Origin: a virus
Taxonomy: Duplodnaviria > Caudoviricetes
DNA length: 51,197 nucleotides
IMG/VR virus record: IMGVR_UViG_3300005663_000062
Span: 1 to 51,197 of that record
Strand: one strand, 5' to 3'
Below, in pieces: positions 17,333-25,255 of the stretch (position 1 is its first letter; every line of letters begins with the position of its first letter). The position numbers and the translations under genes are program-made. The notes beneath the pieces are model-generated. The model searched no databases. It saw only the letters and a program-made list of their open reading frames with translations, and was not told where the DNA came from.

Positions 17333-17755
17333 CTATCCTGTTTTGGCCTCCTGTGGGCTCTCAGTGACGTTTATACCAACGACTGCCATTATGTCCACAA
17401 GAGTCATTCCTGCACTTGTATCGGCGTTGTAGAAGCCTATATGCCTATTCAGTTGGTCGTTTGCTGTGAGAGCTGCTGTGTGATGATTGGATTCTTTGGC
17501 ATTCTTAAGCAATTCTTTCGTTTCTCTTACTTGAGATTCTATTGATAACTCCGTTTTAACGCTCTGTGCGTCCTGTAGAGCCTTTATTTCTGCCTTCACC
17601 AGTATATTATCGTATATCTTTGAACTCAAGCCACAGCGTGCGTAGGACGGCTTGTAACCTACTTCTATGAGTGTTTTAACTCTGTTATCGAAGCCATTCA
17701 ATGCAAAACAGTTAGCTATTGTCTTTGCTTTCTCTTTTGTTATTCTATTAGACAT
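17333..17755 (-). CDS. terS: terminase small subunit
   Basis: HTH-like N..KTLIEVGYKPSYA, VKAEIKALQ, A.TA.DQL.RHIG (Terminase_2 pattern); upstream of terL on the same strand. Confidence 0.75.
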   Translation of the reverse strand: MSNRITKEKAKTIANCFALNGFDNRVKTLIEVGYKPSYARCGLSSKIYDNILVKAEIKALQDAQSVKTELSIESQVRETKELLKNAKESNHHTAALTANDQLNRHIGFYNADTSAGMTLVDIMAVVGINVTESPQEAKTG

Positions 17756-17896
17756 TAAACCTCATTATGTGTGAATAAAGCCAGATAAAACTTACAAACA
17801 TACTTTGCAGATAAGCCACAAACAAAACCTATTGTCAACATAATATATTCCATTCTTACCTCTTATCTTATTCACGTTATTTCGTGTTTGTTTGTA

Positions 17897-17971
17897 GGGC
17901 AGGAGGAGTGATCAACCTGCCCAAGTGATAAAATATTCATCAATATTTCATAGTTTGTTTTCACCTCCTTA
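17897..17971 (-). other. perfect SD + 3-codon minigene (MKY*) + hairpin with anti-SD loop
   Basis: mRNA UAAGGAGGUGA-9 nt-AUG AAA UAU UGA UGA...GGGCAGG-UUGAUCACUCCU-CCUGCCC. Confidence 0.5.
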
Positions 17972-18360
17972 TCCTGGTATTTGGTTGTTATGTTTATGTT
18001 TCATGTATGGGCTTTGTTATTGCTTAAATAGCTTCTAATACTGCTCTTACGGTTGCTCTGTCAAATTCTTTCGTCGGTTCGTCGAGTAGTGAATAGTCTC
18101 CATTAGTCCAATATGGCTTGCCGTGCTTTATCTCATACTGCTTGCAATACGCTTTATGCACTACTTCAGATATTCTTTCAATCTCTTCTGTCTTCGCTTC
18201 CATTCTAACGCCTTATTCTCTCCATGTGGGATAACCACAGTAACATGACTGCTCTTGCCTTAGAATACCGCATTCAGGACATCGCCATCCACTTGCCATT
18301 ACTTTACCTGATACTTCGATTGTTTCCCACTTCCATTCTTTTTCAAGTATGCTATCCATT

Positions 18361-18594
18361 CTAACTAAAACTTTCCATCCATTCTGTTTCGTCAATTTCA
18401 GTGTAATTAGTTGCTGAGCTTTCGTCAAATCCTACGGCCAGGAAATTCTCATAGCCATTTACGCCTGTTTGCTCTGCAATGTGTGTCCAACCATAAAGCG
18501 TAGTCCTGCAGGCCGTTATGATGTGTAGCTTGTGGCCGGTAGTGTGTTTGTAGTATCTACCTATTTCAAACGTCAATTCTTTTGTCTTTTCCAT
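18361..18594 (-). CDS. hypothetical phage protein
   Basis: FEIGRYYKHTTG, KOW/SH3-like start; in a chain of short ORFs. Confidence 0.55.
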   Translation of the reverse strand: MEKTKELTFEIGRYYKHTTGHKLHIITACRTTLYGWTHIAEQTGVNGYENFLAVGFDESSATNYTEIDETEWMESFS

Positions 18595-18707
18595 TCTAAG
18601 CTCTTATCTTCTTGCCTTTCGTCCCTATCGTCTATTTCGTGGCATTGCATGTAGTGAGGGCAATCGTCCCAGCATGGTTCGCATTCTAAATTCATTTTAT
18701 TACTCCT

Positions 18708-18926
18708 TCAGGCTATTTGATAATTCTTGATAATCCTTTCAACATCCTGAGACCTGAATCCCATAAATGATAATACCATTCGATTCAGCTTTGTATCACA
18801 AGTCTTGCAAACGCCTTTATACTCGCTGTTTAAGCAACAAATAGACCATTGTTGGCTCGATGGCTTTCCACACTTAAAACAAGGTACTCTGCTGATTCCT
18901 ATGCCTGTGTATGGTTTTTTCCTCAT
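18708..18926 (-). CDS. hypothetical Zn-finger protein
   Basis: RKKPYT..GI.RVPC.KCG...QW.IC...C..CD; AAGGAG RBS. Confidence 0.65.
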   Translation of the reverse strand: MRKKPYTGIGISRVPCFKCGKPSSQQWSICCLNSEYKGVCKTCDTKLNRMVLSFMGFRSQDVERIIKNYQIA

Positions 18927-19330
18927 TCTATTACTCCTTACTAAGAGCGTAACATTGTATACTCAAAAAACCTAACATCTTGCGCCATATAAGCCAGCAT
19001 TCACCTCTTGCCTGGTTTCGCGCGTAATATGACAATTTACGAAAACCCTTCCAATGGTGTGTTAAACATAAATGATATGCCGATTTATTTGTATTAATCT
19101 TTATTATCAACTCGTTACTCCTTTTGTCCTGTCTGGGACTGTTATGCTCAACACTGGCTTTGGTAAAGACTTAACCAACAACAACTTCCGTCACATTTTC
19201 TATGTTGCGGTTCAAGGTAAAATACTACCCAGTTTCTCTTTCGTAGGTATCGCATCATTATTCTGTGATGAAAAGACTTTGCGTTTCTGAGCCATGTTTT
19301 TATTTTGTCCATTCTCATTCTCCTGTTATG

Positions 19331-19579
19331 CTATAATACCTCCATAACCTCTTCAGTTGCGTTTGTTTGCCCACAATATTTACATTTAGCGGCTATACCA
19401 TGATTTTCCCAGACATGGTCACAAACATCTAAAATACTAAGATTCATCTCCCAGATTACAATATTATCTTTTTCCTGGCATTGGTCAATCAAAAAAGTAG
19501 CAAGCACTGTATTTTGTAAATCTACTAATTTCAACCGTGAACCCCCTGATTGAGCATTATCCAAGATTACTCTTATCAT
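19331..19579 (-). CDS. hypothetical protein (C-terminal CxH...CxxC)
   Basis: AAAGGAG RBS. Confidence 0.55.
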   Translation of the reverse strand: MIRVILDNAQSGGSRLKLVDLQNTVLATFLIDQCQEKDNIVIWEMNLSILDVCDHVWENHGIAAKCKYCGQTNATEEVMEVL

Positions 19580-19615
19580 TTTTTGTCTCCTTTATGTGTG
19601 GTATCATTGACATAC

Positions 19616-19819
19616 TCATTCTAACTTTGTCCTGTCCGGGCCTGTTATTGACTGTAAGTGCTGCTTAGGCTTAAACTTAGCATCAATTTTCTCTTCTTCT
19701 CTCAATAGCCAGTCTATTTCTTTGAAAGTGCATTGCATATGAGGCCTCGGCTTGCCCTGCATCTTCTGATGCGTTTGTGTCCTCGGCACTTGTAAGCATG
19801 TTTTGTTTAATGTTTCCAT
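19616..19819 (-). CDS. hypothetical protein
   Basis: First sizeable ORF after the leftward leader. Confidence 0.4.
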   Translation of the reverse strand: METLNKTCLQVPRTQTHQKMQGKPRPHMQCTFKEIDWLLREEEKIDAKFKPKQHLQSITGPDRTKLE

Positions 19820-20065
19820 AACTTTTCACCCAGACTACAAACGGGATAAGACCGTTTTAATGACACGATACGAATAAACTTCTGCTCTTGCGTCAATACC
19901 TTAGCTAATTGTATATCCCTTTAGCAGCCTTATCCCCGGGTATGAATCTGTAGGATAATCGTCTGTGTGGCATTTGTTAGTATCGAGCAGCATAGACATA
20001 TTTTGACCTTACGTGTCTTTGGTCGAGCGGAGCTTTGTATATCGTCGCTCTGTTACAGTTATAAG

Positions 20066-20115
20066 AAAAAAGACAGGCCATCCGAGTTTCTGATATACAA
20101 AGCGGGTGACCTGTC
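20066..20115 (-). terminator. promoter-proximal intrinsic terminator/attenuator
   Basis: mRNA GACAGGUCACCCG...CGGAUGGCCUGUC followed by UUUUUU. Confidence 0.65.
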
Positions 20116-20223
20116 ATTATATCTTTTATCATATTACTCCATCATTCTGTAATATGTTCGTTTTCGACGCCGTGTGTCAATTCGACAGCCTGCTTATTCG
20201 ACGCAGTCACGACGATAAAACCT

Positions 20224-20253
20224 ATTATAAATCACAAACGCGCAATAAAGCAA
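20224..20253 (-). promoter_or_regulatory. leftward sigma70-like promoter
   Basis: TTGCTT-N18-TATAAT in the AT-rich divergent intergenic region. Confidence 0.55.
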
Positions 20254-20356
20254 ATGTATTCTAAAATAATCTCTTATTTTCTTATAAATATACTCCTTGA
20301 TATTGAGCCAATAACAGCGATATTGATACAAAATATTAACTTGACGAATAATTTTC

Positions 20357-20385
20357 TTTACAAGTGAGTAAATATTGACGATAAT
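20357..20385 (+). promoter_or_regulatory. rightward sigma70-like early promoter
   Basis: TTTACA-N17-GATAAT upstream of the plus-strand island. Confidence 0.55.
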
Positions 20386-20427
20386 ACTTTTATGTTAATC
20401 GACCAAATTAATCACTTATGAAGGGAA

Positions 20428-20646
20428 TTGAAAATGTACTACCACGTCAAAACCAATTACGACCAGTTAAAACCAAACGACAGATTTACTGTAAGATACG
20501 ATAACAAGCTTATGACTTGGCAGGAATACCTTGAAGCCAAAAGGCACGGACTTTGCAAGGTGCTTTCTGATATGTGGGCAGCAAATCAACACGATAGCAA
20601 AGTATCGTTTACCCTTAACTATCCTGTCTGGAAATGGCAGGCTTAA
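20428..20646 (+). CDS. hypothetical early protein
   Basis: GAAGGGA RBS; first gene of the plus-strand island (ATG at 20434 is also possible). Confidence 0.6.
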   Translation: MKMYYHVKTNYDQLKPNDRFTVRYDNKLMTWQEYLEAKRHGLCKVLSDMWAANQHDSKVSFTLNYPVWKWQA

Positions 20647-20731
20647 AATCCGCAGGGCGGGGATTTGCGAATCCTCTGCCTTATGTATTTTAATCGACCA
20701 AACATTAACTAAACAGAAACGAGGTGGAATT

Positions 20732-21205
20732 ATGAGTACGAGAAGTCAAATTGTAATTAAAGGTTGTTTTGATGATGAAATAGTATTTTATCGTCATTGT
20801 GACGGCTATCCAGAAGTATCTATGGCTCCATTACAGAAGCTAATGGACTGGATGCGCCGTGGAATCATCAGGGATAACGCCGAGCAGGCTGCTGGATGGC
20901 TTATTCTTATCGGAGCAATAGAATACGCTACAATTCCAGAATATGAGCTTGAGCCGAACGACAAGGCTTGGAAACGATATGGCTTGATTGAGACTATCAA
21001 AGACCCTACCGACTGGAAGTGCGGAGCCTATGAGCCAGCAACTTGTCGCCACGGAGATATTGAATTTCTTTATATCCTTGATTTGAAAGAGAAAACAATA
21101 TCTTGTTACACAACACATTTTGACGGCGTGGGGTTCCCAGACAAAGAAAAAGACAAGCTCCAGTTCGTCGATACTGCCGAAAATCCGTGGAAAGGCAAAA
21201 GCTAA
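20732..21205 (+). CDS. conserved phage early protein (MSTRS...YxHxDGYP family)
   Basis: GAGGTG RBS before ATG 20732; MSTRSQI...FYRHCDGYP...DIEFLYILD pattern. Confidence 0.7.
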   Translation: MSTRSQIVIKGCFDDEIVFYRHCDGYPEVSMAPLQKLMDWMRRGIIRDNAEQAAGWLILIGAIEYATIPEYELEPNDKAWKRYGLIETIKDPTDWKCGAYEPATCRHGDIEFLYILDLKEKTISCYTTHFDGVGFPDKEKDKLQFVDTAENPWKGKS

Positions 21206-21287
21206 ACACAAACCGCTTGCCATCGGCTCAATTCTCTGATTTGGTCGATTGGTTTACAAGCCGGTGGCAGGCTTTTTATATTGGAGA

Positions 21288-21461
21288 ATGATTATGAAAC
21301 TTTGTCCAAAATGCAAAAATGGAGTCTTGTTTTTCAGCACTAATCTTGAAGATTGGGTTTGCAAAACTTGCGGTTATGCCGAAAAGAAGGATAGCTCATT
21401 GAAGGAGAATAAAAGATGGATGCCAACCAGAAAAAATTGCTTGCAGAAACAGAAGGAATAA
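21288..21461 (+). CDS. small Zn-ribbon protein
   Basis: GGAG RBS; CPKC...W.CKTCGY. Confidence 0.55.
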   Translation: MIMKLCPKCKNGVLFFSTNLEDWVCKTCGYAEKKDSSLKENKRWMPTRKNCLQKQKE

Positions 21462-21619
21462 TTGACCAAATCAAAAAACAACACTGGCTCAATGTGCATT
21501 TTAGAGCGTTTGAATTAGCAAATAATGCTTGGAAAGAACATATAAGAGCAAATGCAAGAGTAGGAGCTAAAGAAGTTGATAGTCCAGCAGGTGCAGTCCT
21601 GGACGATAGACTAAACTAA
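21416..21619 (+). CDS. hypothetical protein
   Basis: AAGGAG RBS. Confidence 0.55.
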   Translation: MDANQKKLLAETEGIIDQIKKQHWLNVHFRAFELANNAWKEHIRANARVGAKEVDSPAGAVLDDRLN

Positions 21620-21657
21620 CCCGCCTGCTCCCGGCTATCGGGCTTATATGAAGGGAA

Positions 21658-21963
21658 GTGAGAATTATGAAAATCACAGTAGATGCAAAATATGTTAAGG
21701 GTGAAGTAGAGCTAAAGTTTCGTGAATACCCAAACGGAAGTAAAGCTATTCAGGCATTTTCTCTTGATGGAGAGCCTGAATTTACTGCTACCGTAGCGCT
21801 TGATATACTTCCAACGACCGACCATGTATTTTTGAAGGGCTGGTCAGAAAATGAAGGTATTCCAGAAGCTCTTGAAAAAGCTGGTATAGTTGAGCTTACC
21901 GGATGGACAATACCTACCGGATATTGCAAAGCACAAGATGCAAGATTATTGAAAGCTGATTAA
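21658..21963 (+). CDS. DUF4313-like protein
   Basis: Y.NG..AI....GEP..TATV......VFLK.WSENEG...AL..AGIV..TG...TGY pattern. Confidence 0.65.
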   Translation: MRIMKITVDAKYVKGEVELKFREYPNGSKAIQAFSLDGEPEFTATVALDILPTTDHVFLKGWSENEGIPEALEKAGIVELTGWTIPTGYCKAQDARLLKAD

Positions 21964-22185
21964 CTCCATGCCCCGTGAAATATACATACTAACGATAATT
22001 GTTTACTTTGAAAGGAAGCGTGAAAGATGAGCATTCTAATAGGCATACTTGATTTAATTTCATCATTAATGTTTCTGTATATTGCATATTGGTTATGTAA
22101 GAACAGCAGAAAATGGAAAATAGGTATTGATAAATGGATAGATAGTTTGGATTAACAGCCTACGGGCAGGAAGTGAGAGGATATT

Positions 22186-22434
22186 ATGGCACATACAAAA
22201 GGTGAGTGGCATGTGAATGATATTGACGAAGGCGTATCTATACGGTCAGGCGAACGTATTATATGCGAGATTGGCACAAATCCATCAAGGGAGGATTTAG
22301 CCAACGCCCTACGCATCGTCACTTGCGTAAGCAGCCACGACGGGCTTGTGGAAGCTCTGGGAGAACTATTAAACCAGCCTAATTGCCCTGGCTGTAAGAC
22401 TAATGCCAAGCAAGCTCTCGCAGCCGCCAAGTGA
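22186..22434 (+). CDS. phage protein of the HTPGPW...ANA.LI family
   Basis: HTKGEW...ANALRIVTCV.SHDGLVEAL; last gene of the island, converging on the minus-strand operon. Confidence 0.65.
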   Translation: MAHTKGEWHVNDIDEGVSIRSGERIICEIGTNPSREDLANALRIVTCVSSHDGLVEALGELLNQPNCPGCKTNAKQALAAAK

Positions 22435-22438
22435 GGGA

Positions 22439-23041
22439 TTACTTGCCATTGCTATCGCCTTTCAGGGCTTGCTCGTACTTTTCGTCTATACCATAGTGCT
22501 TTATTAAACTCTCTGCCGTCTTGAGATTGGCTCTCATTTCCATAAAACCTTCCTGTTGGTCAGAATATAACTGATGCAAATTTGAGGCATCCTGCTCTAA
22601 AACTTCTTTTAGTCTTTTTTTATCACTCTCCGCCGCATCCGCCCGCTTGGTGAGTTCAATAATTTGGCCACGCTGGTTGTCATTTCTGATTGCCAACTCG
22701 TCTCTGTCTTTCGCCTCTTCCGCCCACCGGTCGCGTTCGTATGTCATGTTTTCGAGCAGGTTGGTCTCGGCTTCGAGTTTGTTGCAGAGTTCATAAATAT
22801 CTTCCCCGGAAACATGACCTTCGATTCGCTTTTTTAGTTTCCATTTATCCCGCATCTTTTCCACAAACTCACTGACCTTTTCGGGAGTATGGTCTGGCTC
22901 TTGGCTCTCCGATAGCTCTTTACAAATAACCATGTGACCTCTGGCTTCTTCTCCCATAAACTTCGGAAATGTTTTGCCGCAATGCGGGCAGGTGTAGTGC
23001 AATCCCTTTGGGTCGTCTGGCTCTTGGCTATTCATTCTCAT
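22439..23041 (-). CDS. hypothetical protein (N-terminal C2H-type Zn finger, coiled coil)
   Basis: YTCPHCGKTF...H...C; SQEPD repeated on both sides of the finger. Confidence 0.6.
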   Translation of the reverse strand: MRMNSQEPDDPKGLHYTCPHCGKTFPKFMGEEARGHMVICKELSESQEPDHTPEKVSEFVEKMRDKWKLKKRIEGHVSGEDIYELCNKLEAETNLLENMTYERDRWAEEAKDRDELAIRNDNQRGQIIELTKRADAAESDKKRLKEVLEQDASNLHQLYSDQQEGFMEMRANLKTAESLIKHYGIDEKYEQALKGDSNGK

Positions 23042-23469
23042 TTCTCCTTTAACTGTTTCGTAAGCTCATTCCTTCGGTTATTCTTATTGACGCTGTGCAG
23101 CTTTATCGTGTTGGGCAGGGCTTCGCCGGCCATTTCCTTGCTTATGCCAGGCTTGGCCTGTGGCCTGTGGTCGAGACAATACCTGTATGGGTGGCCATCC
23201 CTGTCCTTGCCGATGATATAGGCTCCAGGGAGCTTGCAACCACTCTTAGAGCACTTGGGCATGCCTCCACGCTCTAACTGTACCCTGTGCCACGTCTGCA
23301 TTGTAAGTTTCCAGTTATATACCGGGTCGCCCTGCTTCTGGCCTTTCTTGGGCTTCTTTGTCCACGGCGGGTCGCTGTCCTCGTAGTGCATTAGGAAGTC
23401 TGCGCAGTTTACAGCCAGATTCCTTAGTCGGGCATAAGATTCGAGTTGGTCAAGTGTTGGGATTTTCAT
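23038..23469 (-). CDS. protein resembling the C-terminal domain of phage replication initiators
   Basis: PTLDQLESY...F..HY....W...V.NWK..MQTW pattern; no N-terminal HTH. Confidence 0.45.
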   Translation of the reverse strand: MKIPTLDQLESYARLRNLAVNCADFLMHYEDSDPPWTKKPKKGQKQGDPVYNWKLTMQTWHRVQLERGGMPKCSKSGCKLPGAYIIGKDRDGHPYRYCLDHRPQAKPGISKEMAGEALPNTIKLHSVNKNNRRNELTKQLKEK

Positions 23470-23688
23470 CGTTTAACATTCTCCATATTTCCCACACACC
23501 AACACTTATTATCATTTCTGCTTTTTCTTCTTTCCAATTAGTAGATGTAACAGTCCTTTTGTGATTTCTTTTTCCAAAAACATCGCCAAGTTCAAATGCT
23601 TCTCTTTGACTTGTTGGTACAAATTCTACAGTTTGGTCTGTTGTGTTTGCGTTTATTACCATGTTTATCCTTCCTTTCTTATCTGAGG

Positions 23689-23934
23689 CTATACCTTCTC
23701 GCATACGATTTCCGGTATCACAAACGTCCGCTCTACGCCTAAATCGTCCTTGAATACCAATTCATTGCCCATCTTCACAGCGTCCCGACAGTTCGTGCAA
23801 TTCTGCGCAGGATGGCCGAAGTGCCTGGCTTTGGGTGATTTGACGTACCTTTCGTGGTTTGTACCTACGGGACGCTCTGTGCGGGTAATAACGTAAACTT
23901 TGAATCTGTCGTTGTATTTCGGTATGTATTTCAT
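23689..23934 (-). CDS. hypothetical protein
   Basis: ORF in the early minus-strand operon. Confidence 0.5.
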   Translation of the reverse strand: MKYIPKYNDRFKVYVITRTERPVGTNHERYVKSPKARHFGHPAQNCTNCRDAVKMGNELVFKDDLGVERTFVIPEIVCEKV

Positions 23935-23940
23935 AATCTC

Positions 23941-24204
23941 TTAGACTCCTTCGTTCGGTATTCCAGCGGCTTCTAATGCCTGACCAAGTATGTACACGTC
24001 AGGGCTATCCCACAACTTTTCGGCTTCGTCATATTTTTGTTCTTCAAAGGCCGCCGATTCCTTCGTATCGTCTTCAATATGTTCTGGCCACTTTCCCACC
24101 CATCGTAAATACGTGTTGTCATTATCAACCATAAGCACCCAGCCTTTTAAGTCGCCGGATTTGAACGCCTTTGCTAATTCTTGGATATTATTGTACTTTG
24201 CCAT
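23941..24204 (-). CDS. hypothetical protein
   Basis: AAAGGAG RBS; acidic. Confidence 0.6.
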   Translation of the reverse strand: MAKYNNIQELAKAFKSGDLKGWVLMVDNDNTYLRWVGKWPEHIEDDTKESAAFEEQKYDEAEKLWDSPDVYILGQALEAAGIPNEGV

Positions 24205-24226
24205 TGTATTTCTCCTTTTTATGGGG

Positions 24227-24412
24227 TTAGGGCTTGCTTAATTTCTTTTCAAGCCGCTTTATCTCTTTGCACAAAAATAAGACTTTTCTCATGTAAGTAC
24301 GCATTTGGCAGACTTTGAGATTTTGAGCAAGACTATTCCTTTTTTTTCCGCAAAATTGTTTTATCTTGCGAGTAGCTTCGCCTTTTATTATTTCTACAGA
24401 ATATTTCTTCAT
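24227..24412 (-). CDS. hypothetical basic protein
   Basis: GAGGA RBS. Confidence 0.45.
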   Translation of the reverse strand: MKKYSVEIIKGEATRKIKQFCGKKRNSLAQNLKVCQMRTYMRKVLFLCKEIKRLEKKLSKP

Positions 24413-24556
24413 TTCCTCTTATCCTTTCTTTGATTGTGTCTATGAAGTCCTATATTGCGATTACCATCCAATATCATCGTCCTTGGCTGAGATACACACA
24501 CTTACCACAATAATGACAATTAGTAGGGCTATCAATAAAAGTACCTCTAACATTTT

Positions 24557-25255
24557 TTACTCCTTTTCCATACATATTACATCTTCCCAGTCGATTTTCG
24601 GTGAGCCTTTGGCCTCGGCCAGTCTGCATTTAACTGTCCTTTTTCTGCCCGGATTTTTTGGCCTGTGGTCAACGTTAGATTTCAGTAGTGGCCTATGCGG
24701 GCAATAACCGTAAAAGCCAAGTGCTATGTTGCAATTCAAACACAAACAACGATATTTATCTTTTGGAAACCCCTGTTTTTTGATGTCTTGATATATCTTT
24801 CGGCCTTTACCGCATCTCGCTCTATGCTCAGCACCATCGCCGTTTATGTGGTCAATAGTCAAGAACTCAATATGCTTCTCTCCGCAACATTCACACTTAC
24901 TACCATAAGCAGACATCACTTCTTTTTTTAAGGCTTTATCCTTCTCTTTAAGTCTTTTGATAATATCTATCTTGTTTCGTTTGTAATAACTTAAAGCTTG
25001 CCCTCTGATTTTGTCAGCATTTTTCCGATAATGCAAAGCATCTTTATCTTTCTTCGTCCTCAATACACCATCTCCGCCATTGGCTAAAGATAAAACTTTG
25101 CGCCGCCCATGCCCCGCACAAAAGGTGCTGCAAAAATAATGGCCTGTCTTTGTGGTCTTTTTTCGGTTACTGGCATAATCTATTACGAGTACGCCACAAT
25201 GACCACATTTGAACTTTATTCTTTTGGCTTTTGTGTGCATATTACCATTTCCCAA
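24557..25255 (-). CDS. HNH endonuclease (homing-type), C-terminus fused to a copy of the methyltransferase tail
   Basis: YGSKCECCGE....FLTIDHING.G...LCLNCN; N-terminal C..CG...YFCS..C; ends RLAEAKGSPKIDWEDVIC. Confidence 0.85.
   Translation of the reverse strand: MGNGNMHTKAKRIKFKCGHCGVLVIDYASNRKKTTKTGHYFCSTFCAGHGRRKVLSLANGGDGVLRTKKDKDALHYRKNADKIRGQALSYYKRNKIDIIKRLKEKDKALKKEVMSAYGSKCECCGEKHIEFLTIDHINGDGAEHRARCGKGRKIYQDIKKQGFPKDKYRCLCLNCNIALGFYGYCPHRPLLKSNVDHRPKNPGRKRTVKCRLAEAKGSPKIDWEDVICMEKE

Noticed and set aside
20163-20214. TTCGAC repeats as replication iterons or a CRISPR-like array
   Set aside because: Only 6-7 bp with irregular 18/16-nt spacing; better explained by the leader RNA structure.
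20531-20731. N-terminal extension of the 224-aa ORF
   Set aside because: Overlaps the upstream gene and a hairpin; the RBS and family motif indicate a start at 20732.
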